Below are positions 39,795-53,100 of a DNA stretch of 64,000 nt, piece after piece. Below the pieces are notes generated by a model. That model did no database searches, was not told the DNA's origin, and saw only the letters and a list, made by a program, of their open reading frames with translations. The stretch is from NCBI RefSeq assembly GCF_008831285.2, contig NC_045138.2, positions 30,566,001 through 30,630,000 on the forward strand, written 5' to 3'. The position numbers and the translations under genes were made by a program. Position 1 is the stretch's first letter, and each line of letters opens with the position of its first letter. Source of the stretch: Nymphaea colorata. Lineage: Eukaryota.

Positions 39795-41474
39795 ATGATT
39801 GTGGCAAGGAAACAATTCCATGGCCACTGCCAAGTTGGTTCTTACATGTCCAGGAGTTTCAAGGATCTCTTGCTTAAGGGGATAGAGAAATACATGGCAA
39901 CCATTGGTTTAGCGGCTTTTAGTCCCAGTCGTGAATGCGTCCACAGAGGATATACTTGTAGATCATTTCAGGTGAACCATACAAAATCAAATGCAGATGA
40001 TCAGATGGTTAATGGCAGTGCTTCTCCAATGAATGCATTGAATGATCAAGTTAGGATAGCGTCAGAATCAAGATGTTCGGTGTTAGACAGTTCAAAGGGT
40101 TTACTGAGTACTACTGATTCTGGTCCGGTGACCATGATTCAGGACAGTATGAGGGCACATGAAAACCACACCACACGGAAAGAATCTCTTGATGGGTTAG
40201 GGCTTGTGCTGAGTGAAAAGTTAGTTCTTGATGTACTTCAAAGGCATAAATCTGATTGGAAAGCTGCACTCTTTTTCTTTGGTTGGGCATCTAACCAAGA
40301 AAGTTATTCACATAGCTCAAGTACTTACAATGAGATGCTTGATATTCTAGGCAGGTTTAAATGCTTTGATGTAATGTGGCAATTGGTAGATCAAATGTAT
40401 TCTAACAGTGTCCAAAAGCCTCTTATAAATGAAAGGACATTTGCCATACTTATACACAGATACTCATCCGACCACAATGTGGAACAAGCTATTGAAACTT
40501 TCTACAAAAGAGAAAAATATGGTTTGGAACTTGACAAACTGGCCTTTCAAACACTTTTGATGTCTTTGTGCAGGTATAAGCATGTTGAAGAAGCAGAATC
40601 TTTATTGTATTTGAAAAAGGAGGTGTTTCCCATTGACATAAAAAGTATAAACATAATATTGAATGGCTGGTGTAAGAGAGGCAATTTGCATGAAGCTAAG
40701 AGGGTCTGGAATGACATTATTTCTTCAGGATGCAAGCCTGATATATACACTTTTGGAATATATATAAATTGCCTTACGAAGGCAGGAAAGTTGCATACTG
40801 CTGTGAAATTGTTTGAGGCAATGTGGGCCAAAGGCTGCAAGCCAGATGTTGCAATCTGTAACTGCATAATTGATGCATTATGTTTCAAGAAGAAGGTGCC
40901 TGAAGCTCTTAATATTTTCAGTGAAATGAATGAGCGTGGGTGCATGGCTGATGTGGCCACCTACAACTCTTTGATAAAACATTTGTGTAAGATCAGACGA
41001 ATGGAGAAGGCTTTTGAATTGTTAGATGAAATGGAAGAAAATGGCTGCACCCCAAATGCCAGGACATACAATTATTTCCTTAAAACATTGAAATCACCAG
41101 AAGATGTTCATAGTGTACTCAAGAGAATGTCAAGAACTGGTACTGTTCTTTCAGCAGACACATATAACTTGATCCTGAAAATGTTCTTGCAATGGAATGA
41201 AACGAAGAAGGTGCAAGATACATGGGTGGAAATGGAGAAAAATGGTGTTGGACATGATCAAAGGTCATATACGGTGATGGTCCATGGGCTGTATGATAAA
41301 GGAAAACTAGCTGAGTCCTACGACTATTTTACTGAGATGATATCAAAAGGAATGGTACCTGAGCCGAGGACCAAATATTTGGTAGATGCAATCCAAGCCA
41401 GGAGAATGAGAATTGATGCTGATTCTTCCACTTCGATGGATACAAATAATAGGCATAAGTGGAGGGGAAGATAG
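39795..41474 (+). CDS. P-class pentatricopeptide repeat protein, intronless CDS
   Basis: Long ORF 39753-41474 with tandem 35-aa PPR motifs (e.g. TYNEMLDILGR, SINIILNGWCKRGNLHEAKRVW, TYNSLIKHLCKIRRMEKAFELLDEM) and no E/DYW domain. First in-frame ATG after the splice acceptor (tatgcag|, 39762) is 39795. From memory it resembles Arabidopsis At3g15200-type proteins (not searched). Confidence 0.9.
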   Translation: MIVARKQFHGHCQVGSYMSRSFKDLLLKGIEKYMATIGLAAFSPSRECVHRGYTCRSFQVNHTKSNADDQMVNGSASPMNALNDQVRIASESRCSVLDSSKGLLSTTDSGPVTMIQDSMRAHENHTTRKESLDGLGLVLSEKLVLDVLQRHKSDWKAALFFFGWASNQESYSHSSSTYNEMLDILGRFKCFDVMWQLVDQMYSNSVQKPLINERTFAILIHRYSSDHNVEQAIETFYKREKYGLELDKLAFQTLLMSLCRYKHVEEAESLLYLKKEVFPIDIKSINIILNGWCKRGNLHEAKRVWNDIISSGCKPDIYTFGIYINCLTKAGKLHTAVKLFEAMWAKGCKPDVAICNCIIDALCFKKKVPEALNIFSEMNERGCMADVATYNSLIKHLCKIRRMEKAFELLDEMEENGCTPNARTYNYFLKTLKSPEDVHSVLKRMSRTGTVLSADTYNLILKMFLQWNETKKVQDTWVEMEKNGVGHDQRSYTVMVHGLYDKGKLAESYDYFTEMISKGMVPEPRTKYLVDAIQARRMRIDADSSTSMDTNNRHKWRGR

Positions 41475-41916
41475 TTCATGTTGTGCAAAATTCTGCAAGT
41501 TTGCTGCCTGGAGAAAGGTCCTCCGGCACTTGGTCAGGAGTGACAAGCTGCTTAAGACAGCAGTAGTGGCTGCTTTCTAATTCTTGGGTACTTCTCGGCC
41601 TATCTTATTTGCTTAAAGTGAAGTGATGGTAACTTTTGTTACACTGAACAAACGTTACTAGCCATGGTTAAGGTCTTACAAAATAATGAAAGTTTGCTTT
41701 ATTGGGGGAAAAGGTGGAGCGAATGCCCGAGGAGCTGAAGCTTCCTCTCTTTTCCCTTACCTTCAGAGTCTAGTGCTGCTTAGGACCTCCACAAGGCACC
41801 GTGCACCTGGTTAACTAGAGTGTTGTGTACCTCACAGTTTTTAGTCTAAGGGAATAGCACCTATGAGAGACGAAAGTCATGCATCTGAGGCAAAGGTTGT
41901 TTTATTGGAAGTGCAC

Positions 41917-42210
41917 TGTGCAAGAGAAAGCTTCATGCTTCTTCTCCTGAGATGGAAACTTGTTTCTCATTATGGAAGGCTCTTATGCAAAGAGAAGCTC
42001 ACTTTCAAATAATGCAGTTAATTTGTTCCTTCATGTACTTATATATTATTTCCTTTCTATGATGTGCAAGAGAAAACTTCATGCTTCTTCCCCTGGGACA
42101 GAAACTTATTTCTCATTATTGGAAGGCTCTTATGCAACGAGAAGCTTGCTTTTCAAATAGTGCATTTCAGTTTGCTCCTTCGCCTATTTATATATTATTT
42201 TCTTTCTATG
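41917..42210. repeat. Tandem duplication, ~146-bp unit x2, downstream of the PPR CDS
   Basis: tgtgcaagagaaa(g/a)cttcatgcttcttc...ggaaggctcttatgcaa...tatatattattt starts at 41917 and again at 42063. Confidence 0.85.
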
Positions 42211-42938
42211 GTGACTCAGACACCTTAGTGGGTCCCGTTTTATTTTATTCCCGTTTCTGATGTGTTTCTTATTTATTTCTTCTTGTTTGTTGCCTCTCCA
42301 GCAAGTCAGACACCTTCCTGCCTCTTTGCCCAGAGCAAAAGTTCATGACTATGCTCAGAACTTTAGGACCTTGCTTTCTTGGTGCATGATTCATTCACTA
42401 ATCCTAGGGGGTTAAGCTTATAAAAGAAGGTCAAAACTTGGGAAGAGTGGCTCTCAACTAGAAAAGTCGTTTATCTGGGTGTCAGTCTAATCCAATTCCT
42501 GTGCTCAGGCTTAGCAAACTGACCAAGTTTGATGACTAACTGCATTCAGATTCAATATAAGTTCAATTCACCTGGCTTAGGAGATTTACTTAATATCTGG
42601 CTTATGAGATTAACTTTAAGATCTTCGAGTTGAGGATGGTTAAGGAATGCATCTCAATTACAGTGTCTACCTGACCCCAGTTTGCTTTCCTAACTCAAGA
42701 TGTTGGCAATGTAGCAAGTTGCGAAAGAAAAGGACGTTCATGCGCACTAGAACCCTGATAACGAGAGCATTTTTTTCGCTATAGATAACGCGTATAAGCG
42801 ACTCTAGGGCATTTTCAGCATTGGTTTAGAAGTAAATCAAATTGCAAAAGGTCAAAATTATCGGATTGTATCGGCCGAATGAATCCGCGCTAATGCTTTT
42901 AATTTGAATTTTTAACATAAGGAATCAATAAGAACTAA

Positions 42939-43368
42939 TAAGGATGCCAATAAATCTGATTTGGATCGGATATTCAATTAAATCATTTTGAAAAAATTTA
43001 ATACGAAAAAGAATTAATATCAAATGTCACATGGATTAGGAAGTATGATCGGATTCAGATTCAAAAAATGACATTCGATCGGCTTCAAATTTAGATACAC
43101 ATAAATATCTGATAAAATTCAGATTTAGATACAAATCAGAATTAATTTAAATAAATATAATGTATCTTATGTTTTTATATTTTTAAAATCAGCGAGACTC
43201 AATTAAAAATTCAGATTCAGATATGAAAGTAAAAATCAAATTCAAATCGTGAAATTGGATTTCAGATCTAGATTCAATACCTTTTTATTCATATTCAAAT
43301 AATGAATATTTAAGAAAAGAAAGAGTTCAGAATATATTGGTTCAAATCGGATCAGTTGACATACTCTA
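42939..43368. mobile_element. Decayed MITE related to 61582-62072, upstream of Ran
   Basis: taaggatgccaataaatc...gatcagttgacatactcta ends; many ggatc/attcagat motifs. Confidence 0.55.
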
Positions 43369-43823
43369 AAATTAACTAGAACAATTTAAAAGAACCCATA
43401 TCAAAATCAGCGTCTCGTTCCCGCGTCAATTGTACGGCCACGGGCCGGAGTGGTCCAAGCAAAGCTAGAGTCAGCAATCGCCATCTTTGGAGTCTTGGTT
43501 ATTGGCGGCAGTGGGGGCAGATCGGACGTGCGAGTTGGCGTTATTTTCACTCCAAGGACGTTGCCGGGTACGCAGTAACGCAAGTAGGGTGGCGGGGAAA
43601 CTCAGAATAATTTTCAACCTTGACAAGGAAGGACCTCATAATCGGGGGGCGCGAAGATCTCGGAGCGCATTTTCGCGAGTTAAAACTCTTTTCTATCTCT
43701 TACGCTTACAGTGATTTGCTTTTCACACGCACACCCATTTTTTCTCCTGAGAGAGAGTGAGAGAGAGAGAGAAAGATAGAGTTGCCTCACCCTTCTTGAA
43801 GCACCCCAAATCTTGGAGAAGAT

Positions 43824-46553
43824 ATGGTTTTCCTCTTGCTCTTGTTCTGTCATTGTTTTGTATAATATTCGATTATATCTTGCATACGTTTGTGTTTCTT
43901 CATGTTTGGTCTCACATTTGCATGTTATTGTTAATGGGTTTTGGAGTTATTGTTGTTTCTTGATTGGAAGTCTTTGGTTTGGGTATCCTTACGTTGGTTC
44001 CTCGTCTTTTCGGTTGGTTTTTCTTCTTATTGTCGATAATGGTATGGTCTTGTTTCTTTACTGCTCATGACGGGTTACTGTTCTCTCCGGTGCTCTCACG
44101 ATTTTCAACGCGTTTCTTTGTTTGATTTGTTTGCCTTCTTTGTGGTATATTTGGTTTTTAGGCATTGCCCAACCAACAACAGGTTGATTATCCAAACTTC
44201 AAGCTAGTCATTGTTGGCGATGGTGGAACCGGTATGCTTTCTCACATATTCTTCTTGGTTCATAGTTCCTGTATGGTGGATGGCTGTTATTGTATTTGCG
44301 TCTTATGATTGGTGTAGAAATAATCTGTACACCTTTTCTCCTTTCTGTCATGTGTATAGGAAAAACCACCTTCGTCAAGCGCCATCTCACTGGAGAATTC
44401 GAAAAGAAATATGAGCGTAAGTATAGATACTACTCAATATGTTTTTCTACCCTATATTTTATGGACACACGCACATTGATGAAACATGATATCCAACATG
44501 TGTAAGATGTCTTTTGATCGTTCGTAGCTCTTGTATGCAGCACACTTGATCTTATTCTGTGGATGACCCCATTTCCTTTTCAGTTATAAGATTTTGACTT
44601 TGTTCTTGACTTGATTTCTGGTCTGGTCAGCTTTCTTTTGCACTATCTTATATACGTAGGTTTTCTTTTGGAGTCTTGGACTATCTTCTGTTTACCTACT
44701 AATTCAAAACCCCCGCTGGTGAATCTGACCTACCATGGTTGTCACTTGACCGGTAGTTAGAAACTTGAATAGTTGGTCAAACGTGGATGGGGTGTTTCAA
44801 GATGAAACAGAACAGGGGCCCAGAAATTACATGGCTACGTATTGTTAGTATGAAATTTACCTTTGTGAAACATATGGTAGCCATACTCATAGAATCTCCT
44901 TTTGCAATTCGCGGCAAGATGTGCTAAATTGCTATCTATAAGTCTTATTAATATTAGGTGATGTTCAATTATGTTACTTTCGAATATGACCTCTAAATAC
45001 ATCTGATGTTTCAGGTAGTCATTCATCTAATGTTATGCTGATCTAAGGTAGGAAAACACACCGTCTGGGCACCAGATTTGTGCTCAACATACTTGTAGGA
45101 AATTAGGAATTGTATATTTGTACCTGAACTTCTATATATGTGCTTTGTTCTCCAATATGGGGACATTTTTGGAATTGCAGTGCTGATTTGATTCTATATT
45201 CGTGTGCTTATTGTTGCCAATCTGTCCTTAAAAGGAGGAAGTAAGAGCCCTTTTGATCCATCCTGGAAAAGTATTACAGTTTGGAAATAGAAAATTGCTT
45301 TCAGACATTCCATCTCTTTGCTCCAACCATCCGTTCATTTTAATTTTGATGAATCTAGTTGTAATTACTTAATTCATAGATTCCATTGCTCTAGCCATAG
45401 CATTGGCAGTTTCAGTTCGCACCCGCAGGGGCCCACCATATGGGACCAGAGTGGGCTCCACAGTCACGCCCTCTCCGGCCCTCCCTCTTGATTTCATTTG
45501 AGTTATGTGGCAGGGTCTGTTGCTTTTTTTGCCAGCCAGATCTAGAGGGATATTATGAGTCCTCCATCCTGTGTAGTCAAAGGTGTGCCAATGCATGAGG
45601 CAGTCACTTTTTCGAATAGGCTGCTGTACCTGGATGTCCAATTTATAAAGGTATTAAAAAGTTCCTTTTTCTACTTCTAGTTTTCCCTCCCTTTCTTTCT
45701 TTCTTCTTCCTTTGTCCTTCTTCCTTCTCCTCTTTCTTTTATCCTTCCTCTTCTTGCCATGCCCAGGCTTCTGCATAGGTGCTGCCTACTCCTCTCAGAA
45801 GGTCTACCACCTAGGCCTGCTTAGTGCTTTTGGCTACATAACTTTCATATGTGGACTGATATTGTTTCTGATGTCTATGTACCAAAAGGAGAGAAAAAAA
45901 AAGTCATAATTGACTTGAAGATATGATTCAAACCTTCCTGCTTGGTAACTTTTGGACCTATAGTGAACAGAAAAAATTCACAAGCCCCCAATTTGGCTCG
46001 AACTTAGTTATCTACTTATGACTTGCCCAAAGTGAAAAAATGGTGACTTTGCTTTCTGTCCCTTATTTTCCTCCAGTTTCTATACTTACTGTGTGTCACC
46101 AATATCTAGTTGTGTATGCATGTCTTAAACTTTACTTCATCTACAATAAATTGCTTTAGGAAGAAATGATGTCTAGGTGGGCAGCTAGTGAGGGTCAGTT
46201 ACTAAACACATACTGCTGCAATGGAGCACCACTTTTGAACTTTGCAAATTGCTAATAGAATGCTTGCATCAAACATCAACGCTGTCCATGTAAGTCATCA
46301 AATCTAGCAGCAGTGAACAAACCTGCTAGAGGGAGCTAAGGTGCTAAGATGGAAAAGGAAACTATTTCACATGGCCTAGCAGCTGAAGCTTCCATCATTC
46401 TACTATATGTTCTAAAATCTAAAGAAGTAACCATTAGATAGGTTGCCATGTGTTTGTGGTAAAATGGAAACTTAAGATCAAGAGGCCAAAAACCTAAGAA
46501 GGAAATATAACTGAGCCGCACATTATTTATAACTTTCTTTTGTTTATTAAATT

Positions 46554-46614
<61 letters not shown>

Positions 46615-46869
46615 CACTTTATATATATGTATATGCGTGCATGTATGTATGTCTGTATTTATAATGCAAAACTTGGCGAGGGTTTCAATGTAGCAATTCT
46701 ATGGCCCCTCACAAACGTTCTGATGGGTGTGATGACACCTGTCCTATGAAATGCATTGGCAGGTGTTAGTGGAAGGGGTCCACATGATTCATGGGGATCC
46801 ACCTTCTCTATAAATGTGCACACATAGATATGTATGAATATGTATATATGTGTGTGCGTGTGTGTATGT

Positions 46870-46934
<65 letters not shown>

Positions 46935-48159
46935 AATAAATAAAAAACAAACTCATATGTTCATTGTTTATAACTTTATATTCATAAAATATTGATCGCT
47001 AACAAAACTATATAAAAAGAAATCACGCAAAATGAGCTTGTGTCAACCGTGTTGACATAAGTACACTGCCCTTGTAGGAGTGTCCATGTAACAGCTGACT
47101 AGGCATTACTAGGGATTATTTGAACATATCTCTCTCTCTCTCTCTATCTTTCTGGCATGTACAGCCAATAGCTATATCTACAAAAAAGAAAAGTGCACAA
47201 ACAACAGCGGCAAAAAAAAATATGTTAATAGTATTCAGATGAGCATTTCTTACAGCTAATATGTGAAATTAAAGTGTTAACAATTTAGAGCATTTTGGTA
47301 CTTAAAAAATGTAGAATGATGAAAAAAAATTAATGTTAGGTTTTACAAAACCAAAATGGCAGAGACCTCCTGAGAGTGTGTCGTACTTGTTGATTTTTGA
47401 GGGCTTCATAAGGCCTAATTAATTGATGGTTCAGTGACTTCTGAATTGCACTAGAGGCTTATCTTATTATACACTCCATGCCACTAAGTTGTCAACAGGT
47501 TACAGTTATCCAATTACTGGCCTTCATCCAGATTCTTTTAGTTGGATCCACAGAAATATAAGATCTGTTAAGCAATCAGATTGGGATTCATATGCAGTTC
47601 TGTAACCAAACCTGTTATGGGTGTGAGGTTCTTTGGCTATCTTACTTGATTACATGTAAATGTTCTTATGCTAGTTGTGTCTCGGTTTTCTTTCATAAGT
47701 TCAGGTCCAACTCCAGTTTGATACCTGATTGAATGAGATCCAATTATGTCGTATTTGGTAAATGCTAGACTTGACTGGGTCCGGCTTGTTACATCCCTGG
47801 CACCCTGCACATTGTATCTTGGAGGTGTGGTTATTGCCCTTGGAATGGAAAAGTATGTCAGAGTCGAGAGGTTTGGAGAAATAACAAAGCAGATTACTGA
47901 CACAGCACACAAACTGCCCATACTAAACCGGTGCTCAATGTGCTTTACTTTAACTAATGATGTGTTTAATTGTTTGCTTTTTTCAGCAACAATTGGTGTG
48001 GAAGTTCATCCCTTGGACTTCTTTACTAATTGTGGTAAAATCAGGTTCTATTGCTGGGACACTGCAGGCCAGGAAAAGTTTGGTGGACTTCGAGATGGAT
48101 ACTAGTGAGTAACATGGCCCTGGGTATTTAAGTGGATGAGTTGTCTCATTCTCAATCTA

Positions 48160-48235
<76 letters not shown>

Positions 48236-50197
48236 AATTACCAGTATATCAGATATTCTAAAAGATGTTGATATGTTAATATGTTAACATTTTAGAGCTA
48301 GGAATTTAGGAAATAATATTAGCAATAATATGACAGTGTTATTTAAACAATTAAAGTGTATGTATCAAGACAGAGATACATTAGCAGACTTCTTGAAAGA
48401 ATTTTTGTTATATGTGAACTGTATGCCTTTGATTATTTCGTTTTATATTTCAAAAAATTTATTGATTACTTTTTTATATTTTGCGAGAAAATATACCATA
48501 AATCTTATAATTTCATAGCTTTTCTATTATCGTTTGTTTCATTTTTCTCATTTTTATATCTTTTTTATATTTTGCTGATAAGATACTATGAATCTTATTA
48601 TTTTCATAGTTTTCTATTATCATTTGTGTTATTTTTCTCATTTTTTGTAATTATTGAGCTTTTTCAAGATCTTTTCATGAAAATTCTCATTTTGATAGAA
48701 CTTCTAAAAGAATCTCCCCAGAAGTTGCTGACAAATAATATTATTCTTTTAGTTACAAAATCTGAAAAATGTGTGTGGAAGAGATTCCGACGGTTATTTT
48801 TCTGGCTATAGAGGAGATGCCTATTTCGTCTCTGATCCAACTCTTTGCTTTTCGTGATGTGCAGCATCCATGGACAATGTGCAATTATCATGTTCGATGT
48901 AACAGCCAGGTTGACATATAAGAATGTACCAATTTGGCATAGAGATCTTTGTAGGTGAGTGTGAGAAATTATTGACACATTTAGCATATTTAACACATAC
49001 ATGCTCTGGTTGAAGGAGTATCTTACTAAGTCCTACTTCGTTCATGTCAGAGTATGTGAGAACATCCCCATAGTTTTATGTGGTAACAAGGTTGACGTGA
49101 AGAACAGGCAGGTAAAAGCAAAGCAGGTCACTTTCCATAGGAAGAAGAACCTTCAATACTATGAGATCTCAGCAAAAAGCAATTACAATTTCGAGAAGCC
49201 TTTCCTTTACTTTGCTAGAAAGCTTGCCGGGTAACAAAAAATCATCACCTATGTCTCTCTTTCGGCCTTTTTTTTTCTCCATGTTTTTGATAGATAAAAT
49301 ATCAGCTTTATTGGTTCTTGGATGCTTGAACGCATGTTCCTTTGGCAGGGACCCTAATCTGCATTTTGTTGAGTCACCTGCACTTGCCCCTCCTGAAGTT
49401 GAGATTGACCTTGCTGCACAAAAAGAGTAAGAATCTTTTACTTTTCACTCTTTCAGAAGGGTGTCTTGTGTATATAATTTATACTCTGTGTTCAGTTATT
49501 TGAATATATATATATTTGAATATTTATATATATATATATATATACATATACTTATACATATACATAGATAGATAGATAGATGATCGATCTGGATATTGTT
49601 CTAGTGGATTTAGTTGCAGATGTCATCCATCTGCTCTAACCTAATGTTACTTTGGTCCAGATCTGCATTTTGTGATGCAAAAATCGAGGTCATAGCTTGA
49701 TAGAACACAAATTCACAGGAATGCACGTAGCATTTATTGAGTTCTTTTCATTTCAGAAGCTCCTCAGCAACAGAATGATCTGTCTTTCAGAATTTCCATC
49801 TTTATTGCTTTGTTTTACTGCGATTTCCTTCAAAAGACTTCGTTAAACAAGATAATGTGATTGTGTCTATATGGTGCATGTCTGCACGCACTGTCATTTA
49901 TCAAGTACATGTTTTGCCATGTTATGTTGCCGCATGACTATTTGCCAGTATGCCTTTCAGCAAGCTGTGGATTGGCCTTTTTATATTTCTGCCAGTATGT
50001 GGATTGCTCTGATATTTGATGGATCAGAATCAGTCATATCTATATATATGTGTATGTATGTACCTTGTCATCCTTTAGTAGCCATAACTATGTTTCAGAA
50101 TGCTTACCAGGCCTTCTGTTTTTCCAGGCAAGAAGCTCAGTTGTCTGCCGCTGCTGCACAGCCCCTTCCAGATGATGATGACGATTTACTTGAGTAG
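43824..50197 (+). CDS. RAN: GTP-binding nuclear protein Ran, 8 coding exons, 221 aa
   Basis: Exons 43824-43826 (ATG only), 44162-44231, 44360-44416, 47987-48104, 48865-48954, 49051-49230, 49349-49426, 50128-50197 (666 nt). Motifs GDGGTGKT, DTAGQE, NKVD, EISAK and acidic tail [11 protein letters not shown]. Confidence 0.97.
46556..46933. repeat. (TA)n (46556-46611) and (GA)n (46872-46933) microsatellites in Ran intron 3
   Basis: Seen directly. Confidence 0.9.
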
Positions 50198-53100
50198 CTC
50201 AAATATGGCCCATCGCTTCTGTCAACTCTCAGAGCCAGTCTTTTCTATTTGACAGACGTTTCTTTTCTTCTGAGTTTTTACTGAATTTTCTTGGAATGAA
50301 CTTCATGTGCATCTATATTCTTGTGCTTGAACCTCGAGAGATGCTGATTCCATGAACCGGAATGTGGGTTTGTACCTTAGCTGGCTATAAATTTTTTTGT
50401 TTCTGTGGTCAGGTCATACATTTGATATTGGGTTGGGAGGGGGAAGTACTGAACTAAGCAGCTGATGACTTTACTCTTTTGTAAAAGATTTCATCGTGTT
50501 CTTGAATTACATATCCTGTCTGACATTTTTCAACTTTCCCCTCGATGTTATTGTTGACCAAACATGTTAATTAAGTAAATGTTAGAATACGTGGACGTGA
50601 AGTTGATTCTGGCAACCGTGGGTGTTGAAAATTATCATGTGTTTGAAGTTTCAGGCGTCATGAAAATAGTAGTTGTTGTTGACAATGGGTATTGCTGTCG
50701 GCAAAATAATGATGAATGCAACTTGCAATTTACCGTCTCCTATAAAGAAAAGCATCATCTGAGTCTGCCTGTGATTCTTGGACACTTGTTTGTTGCAACT
50801 GATATCCTTGTTCGTGGGCCCTTTCTTTTTGATAAACAGCTACCTGTGACCTGGTTGTGGGACAAATGATGATTAAATGGGTGGCCGACTTGAACTAAAC
50901 TACCATAAAATTAGCTACATCATGTTTGACTATTGTTGTTTTCAGAGCATAATCCTTCTTTGACGTGTCGAGGTCTCAAAGGAATTGCACGATTGCAACG
51001 GTCATCAAATTTTAGGCCGTTGATTTCTGAAAAGTTATAACCTTGTGTTCCTTTGAGAAATGTACAATGTGAATATGATTCAGGAAGTAGCTCGTGAATC
51101 AAAGCCTTTGGGCGCATAAAACAGCACATTTAAGGAATGTGAAACTCAATATTGTCTGAAAAATCGACTTAAACGCCATCTCTAGATCTGTTGAAAGTTC
51201 TTTGTAAAGATAACGATCTTTTCATGGCAATAAATACCGTTTTTCAGTTTTCAGACGCACAACTTGGTCGCTGTCAAACAGCCAAGAATTTTATTGCTAT
51301 CTGCTCATCCTCGAGGGATCACCAACTCCTCAAATTTCGTGCATGACATGAATGTCCATCAATGGTAGGCTGGCTCCAGCTCCTCCTTTAACCAGATGGA
51401 ACTACACGTGGCGTTTGATCTCGTGTCGGCCGGAGTATCTTTGGAGCCACCTTCCTGTTGACAGTTGTATCGCAAGATTTACTAGAATTCCAGTCATTGT
51501 TATAAATAAGACGGGACTTGGAACCGGAAACTCCATAGTTTGATCGAAATTTGATGTTAAACTCCTTCAATGATGCAGAGTTAAGAAAGCAACTTTGAAG
51601 GAAAGCCGCTCTTCTTTCCTTCCGAGAAGGGAGACGACGACAAGGACTCGGATCCAGCTCAATCTGATTGTTCTTGAAAACAGTGTTAGATCATTCGACT
51701 AGATTTGTTGTTCTGAATTGAAGGCGAGCCTGACCAGCCAGCCTTATGGATGACAACACCATGGGAAAGCTCATACAACAAAGACTACTATAGTAGTTGG
51801 CATTTCATCCAAGTCATGAAGTTGACACCCTTCACAGTCCCCTCTTGCCACCCTGCTCATCACTGGCTTTGACAAGACTTGAAGGCAATCGGTGTCGCTT
51901 CGTGAGAACGCGGAAATTCAAGGTCCAAGTCTGAATCCTTCAATTTTCGCCGAATTTTCAAAGTCCTTTGAAAGAAAAATTCAATTCAAAAACCAGTTTG
52001 AACAACATTGCTATGCAAAATCTGGGTTGGATTCAGCCTCAGGGTGCATGGTCCAAAATTAATGGATTCAGTAAATGAAGAGAGCGACAGCACCTTGACA
52101 TGGGACCCTAGTGTCTCAATACCTGATGAAGATATCCATTCGTATAGATCAATTTTGAAGACCTTGTTAAGGACTTGGCTTATGACTATGTCAGTTAAGG
52201 TTCCATTTTCCTTTTCCTTCTCTGAAATTTTGTCGCTTAACTGCGACAAGGACACAGTGAGAAGGACAAGAGACATGCCATTCTTGTTTAATTTTCTGTT
52301 GTTAACAGAACAAAAAGAGAACATGACAAGAGAGTAAATTGGATTATCCCTGTGACACAGATGGCGATCTGCATTATGCCAAGATGTCGGTTCGGATCTG
52401 GTGCTGCCGACAGGTTCTGTCCGGCCGGGCCCGGAATCCAGTCGATGGAACTGGCTAATGTTTTTCTGCTTGGCACTTCTGCCCAACTGCCACCAGACCA
52501 TGGTTAGCAGAACTCCATTTAGATTGTCCAGACTGAAAGCTAATAAAACCAAGTTTTAAACTGTGTTTTTTTCAAATCGATGAACAGCTGATTCATGTAG
52601 CAGACATAACAACAAGAAGCGTTGATTTATGAATTTTGTTCATATAATTTAAACAAACATGAAAACTATGTTAAAGTTGTCTGACCAACTTCAATTGACA
52701 GTTCATATACACAGCTTCTTTTAAGCTAAAACAGACACTAGAATCAAAGTGGGGATGAATTGAATTGCTCTATTTCACAATAATCTGAACTCCATCACAT
52801 GGAAAAAAAGCTGAGTCAAGACACTCTGTTTTGTGTGCAATACTGTAGATGGAAGTACTTTGATGTCTTGGTCCAGAGGCCTCCGATTGATTAGGCATGG
52901 TCAGGATCTGACCCAGGGGAATCAAGCAAGTTAAGAAGGGAAAGTACCCTTGAGTTTGAAAATTTCCCAAGAAATGTACAAGAATTCTGCGGTTTTGAAA
53001 CACAAACCTCATTGGTATCCGCGAGATCTCTTTAATAAAAAAGTTAAGTTATTATTTCATAAACTTTTCTTTTCTAAAAACGAAAATGTGGATGTGGGGA

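Noticed and set aside
51986..52552. 188-aa minus-strand ORF
   Set aside because: Non-ATG start in the track, no recognisable motif and no exon-like boundaries; probably a chance ORF.
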